A DNA stretch of 64,000 nt from Candidatus Hodarchaeota archaeon (GTDB lineage Archaea > Asgardarchaeota > Lokiarchaeia > Sigyniarchaeales > SOKP01), in NCBI GenBank assembly GCA_048886685.1, contig JBHLKM010000012.1, positions 102,702-166,701 on the forward strand, read 5' to 3'. Below are positions 38,425-49,060 of the stretch, piece by piece. Within the stretch, counting starts at the first letter, position 1, and the number at the start of each line of letters is the position of its first letter. The translations under genes were made by a program, and so were the position numbers. The notes below the pieces were generated by a model. That model was not told the origin of the DNA and did not search any database. It saw only the letters and a list, made by a program, of their open reading frames with translations.

Positions 38425-40635
38425 ATGACAGCAATAGAAATTTTTTATACTATTTTACTAAATACTCTCCCAATAATCATTTTGATTATACCATTGTTTT
38501 TTATTTGGAAGAAAACTATAGGAAAATTATATTTTAGAATTGTTGGAGGAATCATTATATTTTTTCTAATATATTGGATCCTTCCAATAATATTTCAAAT
38601 AGGAGAGACTCCTGATGAGTTAACTGTGCCGTCGGCAGATGTAGGAAATGTCGCTTATGGGATTGGGTATATTTTTGCACATTTCGGTTCACTAATTTCG
38701 CTATTCTTTTCTTATCCTCTAATAACACTTCCTTTTATATTTTTTACTGCCCCATTTATTTCTTTACTAATTTCATGGAATAAATTGAGAAAAGAAGAAG
38801 GCTCAACAAAAACTAAATTGGAGGAATTAAGTTACCAATTCAATGAAAGCCCAATAGAACGAACAAAAAAAGAGTTGTTAAGAAATAATTGGAGAAGAGA
38901 GAAACAAATCCTTAAATTAATGATTGTACTTTTACCGATATCGCTCTACCTTTTACAAGTAATATTAGAAATTTCCAACTTACAAGATGAATCTGTAACG
39001 ACTGGCGAAACAGCCTTAGGATGGTTTCTTGAAATCTTATTTGTTTACTTAGCAACTTTTATCTTTAGCATAGAAATCTTATCTTCTAGCCAGATAGCAT
39101 TGAAAGGTCAATACTTTGGTGAAAAAATTAGAGAACAAACTTATAAAAGCTTGTATACAATTGGGGCTCCGATGTCGATATTTTCAATTATCTTATTTAT
39201 ATTACAATATGAAACATCAATTGGGATTATAATTTACTTCTTTGCTTATTTTATAATGGCTTCAGTAATTTTCATCTTATTTATTGATATCTTTGAACCA
39301 ATTTCTATTTTTCTATTTGTTAAATTAATAAATTGGTGGAAAAATAGAAAAAAGCAGAAAGCTGATCGTACAAATTTCTATTATATGCTAATTTTTGGAG
39401 CTCTTGCAGTAGTTATTTATTTAATATTAAATTTGATTCTAACTAATTTTGGATACTCCTCTCTTTTTGGAGAACCAGGTTCAATTGAAGAGGATTTAAT
39501 ATATGAAGCTGGGGAGTATATAACATCAGATCCTACATTTTATCGCGCTTTACAATATGATTTAATTATTATTTATGGGATTTTAACAACAGAGATTGTT
39601 TCAACAATAATTTTGACATTATTTCTGGTATACGGATTAAAATATTTACAAAGTATTGGATTAGGCATTATCGCCTATCTACCATTTATAATAGTGCTTT
39701 CTCTTTTACTTGGGAGCACTGTAAACTATTGGTTAACAGGGAAAGTTAGTTATACTGAAATTTTCGGAACTGGTTTTTATACATTAAGAACAGCAAGTTT
39801 AACGGCAAAATTACCCGGGTTTTTAAATGGATTAGCGGCACCTTATCTGTATACTCGTTATATCTTCAATGTTATCATATGGGGATTATTCGTTTTTTAT
39901 TTTAAAAAATCTTTCAAAACTAAGAATATACCAATTGGCGAAGAATTAATCAAGAAAATTGTCTTTTCTAACATCTCTGATTTCTTATCATTTAATACTT
40001 ATGCCAAAGGAGATGTATCTTATTTAATTTCCAAAGAAAAGCAGATTGAAATTAAGCAAATAGAACAAGAGCGCGAAGAAATAAAAAATCTCTTAAATAA
40101 CTTAGAAAATGATAAATTATTGGAAGAATTGAAACCAGAAAATGAAAATGAGAAACGTAGATTCTATTTTACTTTAAGATATCTTTATCAAAACAACTTG
40201 ATCAATATATGGAAGCCAGAATTGAGTTATCTTTATGAAAAAGCAGAAAAACAGGGTCTTTACGTTATTTATGATGATGGGCGGGGAGTCTTTAATTATG
40301 CTTTTCGAAGTGATGAAATACAAGACCCAGGTTTAGTATCTGGTATGTTTTCTGCAATTACCTCATTTGTAAAAGAAATGACTAAATCTACAGAGGCCTT
40401 GAAAAAAATTGACCATGGAGATATCACCATTCTTTTAGAGTATGGTAATAAAATATTCGGAGCACTTTTTATAAAAGGAACTCAGAGTTCTGAAGTAAGA
40501 ATACCCCTGAAAGAATTTGTTCAAAAATTTGAGCAGAAATACGGAGATGTATTAAAAGATTGGACTGGATCACTTACTCCTTTTAAAGCCGATGAAAACA
40601 ACAAACTTGTAGAAGATATTTTTAAAGAAGACTAA
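38425..40635 (+). CDS. Polytopic membrane protein with C-terminal longin/roadblock-like domain
   Basis: More than 10 TM segments, then LYVIYDDGRGVF...DPGLVSGMFSAITSFVKEM...IDHGDITILLEYG. Confidence 0.68.
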   Translation: MTAIEIFYTILLNTLPIIILIIPLFFIWKKTIGKLYFRIVGGIIIFFLIYWILPIIFQIGETPDELTVPSADVGNVAYGIGYIFAHFGSLISLFFSYPLITLPFIFFTAPFISLLISWNKLRKEEGSTKTKLEELSYQFNESPIERTKKELLRNNWRREKQILKLMIVLLPISLYLLQVILEISNLQDESVTTGETALGWFLEILFVYLATFIFSIEILSSSQIALKGQYFGEKIREQTYKSLYTIGAPMSIFSIILFILQYETSIGIIIYFFAYFIMASVIFILFIDIFEPISIFLFVKLINWWKNRKKQKADRTNFYYMLIFGALAVVIYLILNLILTNFGYSSLFGEPGSIEEDLIYEAGEYITSDPTFYRALQYDLIIIYGILTTEIVSTIILTLFLVYGLKYLQSIGLGIIAYLPFIIVLSLLLGSTVNYWLTGKVSYTEIFGTGFYTLRTASLTAKLPGFLNGLAAPYLYTRYIFNVIIWGLFVFYFKKSFKTKNIPIGEELIKKIVFSNISDFLSFNTYAKGDVSYLISKEKQIEIKQIEQEREEIKNLLNNLENDKLLEELKPENENEKRRFYFTLRYLYQNNLINIWKPELSYLYEKAEKQGLYVIYDDGRGVFNYAFRSDEIQDPGLVSGMFSAITSFVKEMTKSTEALKKIDHGDITILLEYGNKIFGALFIKGTQSSEVRIPLKEFVQKFEQKYGDVLKDWTGSLTPFKADENNKLVEDIFKED

Positions 40636-40649
40636 TCTTTTTTTTAATT

Positions 40650-41474
40650 TTATTCTGGGATAGTTGCAACAGCGCGAACCCACCCTGCGCTAGCTCTTGC
40701 TATTTTTATTGGAAAACAATAAATTGTTGCACCAACCGGAGGAACTTTATCTAAGTTAGAAAGTTTTTCTATTTGAAAGTATCCTAGTTCAATGCCAGCG
40801 AAATGACCTTCCCAAATAATAGAAGGATTTGGATTTTTAGCTTTAACTGATTCTGTCCATTTCTGAGCAGTAATACTAAAAGGGGCATCCCAACTCCATG
40901 CATCAGTCCCTACAACATGGACACCCTGTCTAATGATATGTAAGGTCGCATCTCTTCCTACTCCGGCTCCTCGATTGATATATTCTTTCGTCCCAGCATA
41001 TTTAGATGCATTTGTGTAAATGCATAAGATATCTCCTTCTTGTAATTTGTGGTGAATGCCTTCTAATTTCTTATCGATATCTTCAGCTGTCATTACGTGA
41101 CCATCCTCAAAATCAGTACAATCCAAAACAATAAGTGGGCCAATACCCCATTCTAAAGGAAATTCATCAATTGTCATTGCTTTTCTCTGCTCTGTTTCTC
41201 TGTCCTGGATCGGGGAAAAGTGCCATGGAGCATCCATATGAGTCCCGTTATGAGTGGTTATTGTTATTATTTCACTTGCCCATCCCTTTCCATCTGGTAG
41301 GTGTTCTTCTGGATTCAATTCAGGAAAAACTAAAGCCATCTGTTTCCCACCCGATTCGTGATCACTATATACGATTTTAAGACGACTATAAGGTGGATCA
41401 AAAATTAATTCCTTAGGATTAATTAATGGAATTGATAAATCTATAAACTTCATATTAAATTTTAATGATATCAT
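40650..41474 (-). CDS. Cyclase family (kynurenine formamidase-like) metal hydrolase
   Basis: HNGTHMDAPWH, GTDAWSWD, IEKLSNL, VRAVA. Confidence 0.88.
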   Translation of the reverse strand: MISLKFNMKFIDLSIPLINPKELIFDPPYSRLKIVYSDHESGGKQMALVFPELNPEEHLPDGKGWASEIITITTHNGTHMDAPWHFSPIQDRETEQRKAMTIDEFPLEWGIGPLIVLDCTDFEDGHVMTAEDIDKKLEGIHHKLQEGDILCIYTNASKYAGTKEYINRGAGVGRDATLHIIRQGVHVVGTDAWSWDAPFSITAQKWTESVKAKNPNPSIIWEGHFAGIELGYFQIEKLSNLDKVPPVGATIYCFPIKIARASAGWVRAVATIPE

Positions 41475-41529
41475 TTAATTTAAATTTAAATAATAATCAT
41501 ATTCTAAGAACATAAGACTTCGGTATCAT

Positions 41530-42390
41530 TCATAGATTTAATAAATTAACTGCATTCAATCCCAAAATTTTATCAATTTCCTCTCTTGTTAAAAAATCAA
41601 TATTTTCATAATAATTCACAGCTATTTCTATCATTTCAGGGCTATTACCATCTGAACCATATAGGATTTTATTTACTCCAATAATTTCTTTTGCTTGAAT
41701 TAGTAAATCTTTTAAACGAGAAGGCATCATATAAGTTAAATTGCTTAAATCTAAATAGACATTAGGATATTGAGCTGCTAATGCAATAGCGATGTCAGTG
41801 AAAGGATATCCCATATGAGTGATTATTATATTGACTTTTGTAAATGAACCAGCAAATTCGTCAATATAAATTGGATTTGAGTAAGTCAATACATTTTTTG
41901 TCGTTCCAGGAGGAGGATAGCCACAATGCATAACAATGGGGACCTTAAATTGTTGAGCTGCCTCCAATACGGGATAAATTAATTGATCATTAAGCCTTTT
42001 TTTTCTAAATGTAAGCATTATTTTAAATCCTTTATATCCTTCCTCGGTAATTGCTTTTCTTATTTCTTCTTTAACATCAATAGTGCTATAAGATTTTTCT
42101 GGAGGATTATAGAAAGGGATGAAAAAATCAGGAGAATATTCAACCCATTTTTTTACGTCTTGATTCTCCTTCATATTTACTGGTAATAATACAGCTTTGT
42201 CAATTTTTGCGTTCCTAAAATGGAACATTGCTTTTTCCATTATATTGGAAGTATTGATGGTTTTTACCTTTTCAAGCTTCTTCACCATTCTTTCATAAAA
42301 TCCGTATCCTTTAAAATTTATTGAGCCGGTTTCTACTACTTTTCTTGTATTCATTGATTGAAAAAGATGACAATGAAAATCAATTTTCAA
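41530..42390 (-). CDS. Amidohydrolase_2 family metal hydrolase
   Basis: IDFHCH, MHCG, THMGYP, NVYLDLS, YGSD. Confidence 0.88.
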   Translation of the reverse strand: MKIDFHCHLFQSMNTRKVVETGSINFKGYGFYERMVKKLEKVKTINTSNIMEKAMFHFRNAKIDKAVLLPVNMKENQDVKKWVEYSPDFFIPFYNPPEKSYSTIDVKEEIRKAITEEGYKGFKIMLTFRKKRLNDQLIYPVLEAAQQFKVPIVMHCGYPPPGTTKNVLTYSNPIYIDEFAGSFTKVNIIITHMGYPFTDIAIALAAQYPNVYLDLSNLTYMMPSRLKDLLIQAKEIIGVNKILYGSDGNSPEMIEIAVNYYENIDFLTREEIDKILGLNAVNLLNL

Positions 42391-42492
42391 ATTCTCTCAC
42401 TAAATCAGCTATTATACAATGATTAAACTCATGATTAATTCAATTAGAATTTTATGAAAAACGAATTAGAGTATAGATATCTTAATTAATAG

Positions 42493-42954
42493 TTAATCCT
42501 TGAAAATAGTACTAATACGATCTTCCATACTAAATCTTAGATCACCGAGGATCTCATCAATTACTGGTTCAAATACTTTAAAGTGTTTAGAGGTTTTCAT
42601 AGAAACGTCATTAAGATTAAAATGTTTGAGAAAACGAGTTGTTATTTCCTGTAAATGCTTTTTTACAAAATTATGATTTGTTCCTTTTTCGATAATGGCA
42701 AAAGTTAATAATGGGAGAGATTCATCAGTTTTCTTACTTGCTATGTGAACCATTTCATAATAACATATAATTTCAAAATTCGAAAGTGATATTACGTTAA
42801 TCTCATCACCAAATACCTCACTTATGAATTCTTCTATTCCAACTAAAAGTCGGGCACGGATTTCTGGATTTAATATATTATCTGAAGATGAATAATATTT
42901 ATTTTCAACTAAAGATTTCATGCCTAAGTTAATACCGAGTTCTAAAATAGCCAT
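42493..42954 (-). CDS. Longin-like hypothetical protein
   Basis: Similar pattern to 3429..3893 (EIRARLLVGIEEFISEVF; ends DILGDL..SMEDRI). Confidence 0.5.
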   Translation of the reverse strand: MAILELGINLGMKSLVENKYYSSSDNILNPEIRARLLVGIEEFISEVFGDEINVISLSNFEIICYYEMVHIASKKTDESLPLLTFAIIEKGTNHNFVKKHLQEITTRFLKHFNLNDVSMKTSKHFKVFEPVIDEILGDLRFSMEDRISTIFKD

Positions 42955-43181
42955 ATCTCAAGATATAAACTACAAATTTAATCTCTTTATTACTGTTTTT
43001 TTAAACCTACATTTAATATAATTTTAATGGTTTTTCTCAGATATAACAAATTTAAAAAAGTTCTGAGATTAGAGAAGAAATAATATCTACTTGTGATGAA
43101 TGAATTAATAAAGCCCTCATAATTTCTTATCAAATAGGCCTTATATAAACACTCTAAAACTGCCCATCACATTATTATACT

Positions 43182-43922
43182 CTAAGAGTAGAAAGGAAGA
43201 GTGCTGAATTTCTTTTGGATTTTAATAAATGGATGTAAAACCATTTTTTTGGTGAGTGCCGATGCATCTTCTATATCTGAGTAAATGGAATACCATTTTT
43301 CAGCCTTTCCAAACACAATTTTTAACATTGCCTTCTTATTAAGGAGAACATCCTTTGCGATATCCTTTGGCATATTCGCCATTGTTTCTTTAAAAACTTT
43401 ATCTATAGCAGTTTTTACCTTCAGTTTAGGTTTATCACGTAGTTTTTTAACTACACATTTCATATAATCTTCATATTCACTTAAATATTCACACATGTTT
43501 TCAACATAATCAACAATCTTTTGAGCATCAATTCTTTTCGAATCAAAACTTTGAAATGTCTCTCCAATCCTTTTTTTCGCTTTATCTATAAGACCATCTC
43601 TAATTTCTTTAATCAATACATCCACTGATTCCTCGCCTAAGATAACATCACCGGCCTTTTGTTCTAATCCTGAGAGTAGCCTTTTCTCTATTTCTAATGG
43701 TGAAGATTGATTGCTTTTATGAATATTTTTAATTTCTTCGACATGTTCTGTATCTTGTATATTCTCTATACGATCCTCTGCAATGTCTTTTTCCAATTGA
43801 TTACTATCTTGTTCTGTTTCCATGCAGGAAGGACAAATTCCGTTATATGCATGTACCTCACCTATCCAAGGCTCAGTATCATATACCCTTTTACATTTCT
43901 CACAATGATTATATTTTACCAT
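43182..43922 (-). CDS. Hypothetical protein with N-terminal Zn finger and helical C-terminus
   Basis: CEKC...CPSC; charged helical remainder. Confidence 0.55.
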   Translation of the reverse strand: MVKYNHCEKCKRVYDTEPWIGEVHAYNGICPSCMETEQDSNQLEKDIAEDRIENIQDTEHVEEIKNIHKSNQSSPLEIEKRLLSGLEQKAGDVILGEESVDVLIKEIRDGLIDKAKKRIGETFQSFDSKRIDAQKIVDYVENMCEYLSEYEDYMKCVVKKLRDKPKLKVKTAIDKVFKETMANMPKDIAKDVLLNKKAMLKIVFGKAEKWYSIYSDIEDASALTKKMVLHPFIKIQKKFSTLPFYS

Positions 43923-44087
43923 AAATATATCAATCCTTGCTTTTTATAAATAAATCTCCTTTAATTTAATACTGTTTGTTTAAATTTTCATTGCATTTTT
44001 TTCTTTTCATACTTCGTATACTTAAGTTCATCAATTCATTAAAATTAAATAATTTTGAACAAATATTGGAGATATTTCAATCAATTC

Positions 44088-46034
44088 CTACATTGATAAT
44101 TCTCCGAAAATCTCGTTAACTATAGCTCCAAGTAAAGGTGAACTATTTACATTTAATTCCTGAAAAGATTTAGCTGCTTTATTTAACATGTCCCAGATCT
44201 CTTTTTTATTTCTAATAGAATCTGAGAATTTATTCAATTTCTTTATGGCAGGATACGACTGTCCTTTACTGACGTAACAAGCTACAAAAGGCTCAACAGG
44301 TCTCATAGAGATAATATTTTCCCCAATTTTAATACGATCAATAGCTTTTGCAAAGATCTCAGAACTAAAAGCATTAAAAGCTGAGATAAAAGAGCTAAAA
44401 AGGTCACTGTAATCCCAATCTTTAATAAACGTATGATTGAAAAAAGAATTTCCAGCTTCACTCATTATTATAAGTAATATAGGATCTTCTTCAATCAAAT
44501 CTGGTGGTTCTATCATCTTTTTGCCCATCATATGATCGAGAGTTTTATCTATTTCAACAAATTTTAATCGTTCCTCTACAGGGGTGTCAGCTTTTAGCAA
44601 ATTTTCCCATTTTTCAAGCTGTTGTAATAATTTATCATGTTCGGTTGAAATTGCTCTAGCTAATAAGTGAAGTCCATGCTCATCCGCTATTCGCTCAGCT
44701 TTAGTGAATAACTGTCTTGCATCTCCCATATTCCTTTGAATTAATGCCAATTTACCTTGTAAGAGACTAGTTTCTGCCATCAAACGAAAAGAATGTTGAT
44801 AATCAGAATATTCGGATAATCGTTTAATAAGGAGATTAATCTCTTGCAATACTTCTTGTTTATTATATTTTTGTAGTTCAAGCAAGAAAATATCACATAA
44901 GTGAAGAAGTGCACGTTCGGTGAATTCCCAATTGATGATCTCCTCTTCAACGACCTGTCGAAGTATTTTTTTAGCTTCTTCTTGATCCAGAGAATTTAGA
45001 CTCATTTTTAGTAACAATGCTTCATTTACACGGCACGCCACATCAGCCATCTTATTTTTTTCTTGTTCGTTGATTTGTTGCATGCGTAATAAATACTGCT
45101 CTGCTTGCTTAAGAGAATAAGCATCTAGAGAAACAATAAAAAGAGAATCTAGACCAGCTATTAATCTTATTTTATCATCTAACTCTTCCCAAATCGTAAG
45201 ATTTCGATTTAGAACTTCCATAGCACGATCCAAATTCCCCTTTTGCCGGTATATTAATGAAGAATTATTAAGACATTGTGCGATGAAACTTTTGTTGCCT
45301 ATTTCTTCAGTAAGTGCTAAGCTCTGCTTTGTATATTCTAAAGCAAGGTCTAATTCACCTATTATACCGTGTATTACCCCGAGATCTTTAATGGTTCTCC
45401 AATCATCGCGTTTGCGGTAAGTTCTTTGAATTTTTAGACATCGTTCCATATAATCCATGGCTCGATCCAAGTTTCCAGTGTTAAAATAATATATACTATT
45501 AGTTTGTAAAGCTCGTGCTATTTCCTCATAGTTATCATGCTCCTCAGAAATTTTTAGGCTCTCTTCCCCATATTCCAAGGCTTTATCTATATTATGATCT
45601 TTATAAAAAGAAATTCTACTTTTGACTAATTTTAAAACAGCGTTTCTTTTTGCAAAGTCTGACAGTGATATATTAGTAAGTTGTTTAAGTAGATTTTCTC
45701 CTTTTGATAATAAATCTAATATTGCATCAAAATCTCCTAAATCCAATAAAATCCAGCTCTTAGAAATATAACTATCAATTAGGAAGGATTTGTTTCCGAG
45801 TTCTTGACTCATACTACAAGCCTGATCAGCAAATTTCAGAGCATCAGTAGATTGTCCAAGCTCATAAAAGATATTACTCTTTAATATTTGAGAAAAAAGT
45901 CGCTCTTCAGGAGTGAGATCAATTTTTTGTTCGAAATCTTCTAAAGCATTAAGAGATTTTAAATATAAACCTTCTTTAAAAAGTAAGTTTACACTTTGTA
46001 ATTTTTCACTAATTAAATCTGAGATTGGAATCAA
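44088..46034 (-). CDS. TPR (MalT/NAP-like) protein with C-terminal longin-like domain
   Basis: Repeated TPR-like helices; C-terminal LLIIMSEAGNSFF...LFSSFISAFNAFSSEIF. Confidence 0.75.
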   Translation of the reverse strand: MIPISDLISEKLQSVNLLFKEGLYLKSLNALEDFEQKIDLTPEERLFSQILKSNIFYELGQSTDALKFADQACSMSQELGNKSFLIDSYISKSWILLDLGDFDAILDLLSKGENLLKQLTNISLSDFAKRNAVLKLVKSRISFYKDHNIDKALEYGEESLKISEEHDNYEEIARALQTNSIYYFNTGNLDRAMDYMERCLKIQRTYRKRDDWRTIKDLGVIHGIIGELDLALEYTKQSLALTEEIGNKSFIAQCLNNSSLIYRQKGNLDRAMEVLNRNLTIWEELDDKIRLIAGLDSLFIVSLDAYSLKQAEQYLLRMQQINEQEKNKMADVACRVNEALLLKMSLNSLDQEEAKKILRQVVEEEIINWEFTERALLHLCDIFLLELQKYNKQEVLQEINLLIKRLSEYSDYQHSFRLMAETSLLQGKLALIQRNMGDARQLFTKAERIADEHGLHLLARAISTEHDKLLQQLEKWENLLKADTPVEERLKFVEIDKTLDHMMGKKMIEPPDLIEEDPILLIIMSEAGNSFFNHTFIKDWDYSDLFSSFISAFNAFSSEIFAKAIDRIKIGENIISMRPVEPFVACYVSKGQSYPAIKKLNKFSDSIRNKKEIWDMLNKAAKSFQELNVNSSPLLGAIVNEIFGELSM

Positions 46035-46208
46035 TTTTTAACCCATATAAATTTAAATAAAAAGAAGTATGATTTCCTTAAATAATTTTTTGGGAAATAG
46101 ATCTGATAATAATGTTATTTATAAGAATTCGTCTAATTACCTTAAAATTACTAAATATTATGTAAAACCTTAAAAAAAGTTTAAATCGTTTAGAACCGTT
46201 TTAAATTT

Positions 46209-46301
46209 ATGTCTATAGTTGGAATAAATCACGAAAAATGCTCTGGTTGTAAAAGATGCATAATTGATTCCACAAGAAGCTTCCTCCTCGAGCACCATTA
46301 A
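46209..46301 (+). pseudogene. Remnant of a 4Fe-4S-binding N-terminus (ferredoxin/nitroreductase-like)
   Basis: Hand translation MSIVGINHEKCSGCKRCIIDSTRSFLLEHH*: CxxCxxC present, the expected fourth C-P reads S-T, then a stop. Confidence 0.55.
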
Positions 46302-46412
46302 ATGTGGTAAGTTTAGAATAAAATTCTAATTAATCGATTTTTATTTTTCAAATAATTATGTAAAAGTTTTTTAAATTGATTTCTGAAAATCAAAATTGCA
46401 AAATGCGCAACT

Positions 46413-47456
46413 TTAGGTTAATGTTTTGAAGCTTGGGAAGGGTTCCATCCTATCTTCCCGTAATTGTAAAGTTATTGCTTCTTCAGGGCAAACTCTATGA
46501 CATAAACCACAACCAAGGCATTTATTCCTATCAACTTCAGCAAAATTTTCTTCCATTGAAATAGCATCAACAGGACATCTATCAACACAGGCATTACACG
46601 CAATACACAGATCCTTATCAATTATTGATTCAAAAATTGCATTCATGAACTTATGTTTATCAAAACCAAATTGAGTTATGCCTCTCATTAAACCACAACA
46701 ACATGGACAACAATTGCAAATATTTGATAAATGGGTTTTATTAGCTCCTGCATGTACTAATCCTGCTTCATCAGCTTCATCGATTATTCCTATTGCTTCA
46801 TCAGCAGTAATTTCTCTTCCTATACCGTTTTCAATATAATACTCAGCAGCAGCACCAAAACTTAAACAATTTTCCATAGGATATTCTTTATTACAGCTAC
46901 CTTTAATGAGTTTAGTTTCTTTTCTGCAAATACATTCTGTAACAGAGATTACTCTAGCATCTCGTATGCTTTGTTTAAGTTTTTGATAAGGTATTAGCAC
47001 TGTATCAGGTTCTATTGTTTCTTCGATCGGGATAACCTTAAAGCCTGGTACATTAAACTTACCTAGTTCAAATATATATTTTGTATCAAAATATTCTCGA
47101 TATAATTGAGCAAGATCCTCATCTATTTTTTGCACCGAATATTCATAGAGTCCAATCATAAAAGGTGCCAAATTATAGATGGTTATGTTACCCCGTCGGA
47201 TGCGGAAAAGTAGTCCTTTTTTAGCCAAAGATTCTAATTCCTTCTCGACTATACTTTTATCTAAACCGGTTCGTTTTGCTACTTGATTTGCAGTTTCCCT
47301 TTCCTGAGAAGGTTTCAATTTTAAAACAATTTCTGCATCTTCAGGTGAAAAAAGCCTTTTTAATATTTTTACTCCAACACCAGATGAGGTTTCAGGAAAA
47401 CCCAATGAGTTTTTATTTATATATTCTCTCAATTTCACATAAGATTCGTCAGACAT
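46413..47456 (-). CDS. 4Fe-4S dicluster protein with N-terminal HTH-like region
   Basis: CICR, ICNCCPCCC, two CxxCxxCxxxCP motifs. Confidence 0.82.
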   Translation of the reverse strand: MSDESYVKLREYINKNSLGFPETSSGVGVKILKRLFSPEDAEIVLKLKPSQERETANQVAKRTGLDKSIVEKELESLAKKGLLFRIRRGNITIYNLAPFMIGLYEYSVQKIDEDLAQLYREYFDTKYIFELGKFNVPGFKVIPIEETIEPDTVLIPYQKLKQSIRDARVISVTECICRKETKLIKGSCNKEYPMENCLSFGAAAEYYIENGIGREITADEAIGIIDEADEAGLVHAGANKTHLSNICNCCPCCCGLMRGITQFGFDKHKFMNAIFESIIDKDLCIACNACVDRCPVDAISMEENFAEVDRNKCLGCGLCHRVCPEEAITLQLREDRMEPFPSFKTLT

Positions 47457-47507
47457 TATTTTAACCTCAATAATATATTGTATTATTATTTATAGGGAAA
47501 ATTTAAT

Positions 47508-48677
47508 TTATATTCGACGAGGGGGCATCATTCGAGCAATTCTTAATGGTGTTTTAATCATAGAAATGGCATTTTCAGGACAGAAATATGCACAAACACC
47601 ACATCCTATGCAACTTTCCTCATCCCTTTCTGCAATATTATCTTCGTTGAGTTCTATTATCAATCGATGACATTTTTCTACGCATGTACCACAGCCTACA
47701 CATAATTCTGGATCAATCTGTGCTAAATAATTTGTATAGCTAGCAGTTGGTGCTACCATAAATCCTCCACCTTGAGGACAACAATCACTACAACAATTAC
47801 ATATCGCATCTTCACGAAGCTGGGGATTTGCGCGCAAATGCATAACTTTATGCACTAGCCCATCATCACGGATCTTTGCTAATATATCTAAAGCTTCTTC
47901 CTTAGTTATAAGTCTCGCAAAACCATGTTTCGCTGTATGTCGTGCACTCTTACCAAATGTAAAGCAACTTTCTCTGATATTCGTTTGTTTACAAGGATTT
48001 CCAAGAACTCTTGCATGGTTTCGGCAAAAACAATTACCAACAGCTATATCATCATATTTTTCAACAATTTCTTGAACTGTTTGAGTCGGTAAAATCATCT
48101 CTTCAGGAGATTCTATCGTTTCATCTACTACAATTTGAATATCTTCACCTGTTGCCTGATTAGTTAAGCTACTAATTATAGTTCTGTCGAATGGGATCGT
48201 TTTATCAATTGTGGATTTATATGTGTCGTAATTTTTTTGAATATTTTCTTTTCTTTTTTCGCGCAAACTATGCTGTAATCTAGCGAGTTCTTTAATATTA
48301 TCATCCTCTACATCAATATCTCTCATAAAAATATAATCAAAAATTCTACCAACTGTGAGTATACGGTAAATCGGTACACCTTCACTTGTAGGTTGATCCA
48401 TTATTACCCCATTTTTAGCAAGGGCGTCAACCTTTTCTAAGATTTCATCTTCACTTAATTCAATATCTTTATTTTTTAAACTCTCTTTCAATTCTTCCAT
48501 AGTTAATGAGCTTTTTTCTTCAAAGGCTCCTATAAAATCAGCATTATCCTCCCCAACAGCAATTCTTATTATTCCCACTAATTCTTCTGGAAGTTTAGTA
48601 CTTGGTTTTGCTCTAGTTATAATTTCGGTCGCTTTTATAAATTTTTGATCTAGATTTTTTTCTTCACTTATCGACAT
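47508..48677 (-). CDS. 4Fe-4S dicluster protein, paralog of 46413..47456
   Basis: CFCR, ICNCCSDCC, two ferredoxin motifs. Confidence 0.82.
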   Translation of the reverse strand: MSISEEKNLDQKFIKATEIITRAKPSTKLPEELVGIIRIAVGEDNADFIGAFEEKSSLTMEELKESLKNKDIELSEDEILEKVDALAKNGVIMDQPTSEGVPIYRILTVGRIFDYIFMRDIDVEDDNIKELARLQHSLREKRKENIQKNYDTYKSTIDKTIPFDRTIISSLTNQATGEDIQIVVDETIESPEEMILPTQTVQEIVEKYDDIAVGNCFCRNHARVLGNPCKQTNIRESCFTFGKSARHTAKHGFARLITKEEALDILAKIRDDGLVHKVMHLRANPQLREDAICNCCSDCCPQGGGFMVAPTASYTNYLAQIDPELCVGCGTCVEKCHRLIIELNEDNIAERDEESCIGCGVCAYFCPENAISMIKTPLRIARMMPPRRI

Positions 48678-48772
48678 TTTTAATCAAATCTACTTAAATT
48701 ATTGTTGTATAAAAATTTTGAGCTTAACAAAGCTCTTTTTTTTATATTTTTATTTGCTTAAAGACAGATGAT

Positions 48773-49015
48773 CTAAGACGATATTAAAGAGGGGCACACC
48801 CTTGTAGCCTCATTATCTAGAATTGTATTAAATTGACGTTTTGTTATTACTTCGAATAATTTCATTGCCCTAGGGTCGCTCCTATCCAGCTGCATATAAC
48901 CTAAAACTGGAAGATAAGCGTAACACATTAAAGATCTCAAGTAAGACTCCCATGCTTCATCAAAATCAAAACTAGTAATACCTCTTCCTTCTAATTGCTT
49001 AATGACTGATACTGT
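48773..49015 (-). pseudogene. 5'-truncated remnant of an APH/EcKinase-like phosphotransferase (C-terminal helices)
   Basis: Open frame with no start at its 5' end: ...IKQLEGRGITSFDFDEAWESYLRSLMCYAYLPVLGYMQLDRSDPRAMKLFEVITKRQFNTILDNEA...*; family by pattern recognition only. Confidence 0.6.
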
Positions 49016-49060
49016 TTAAAGCAAAACTTTAAATTCATTATATGACCAGAAGAACTTACT

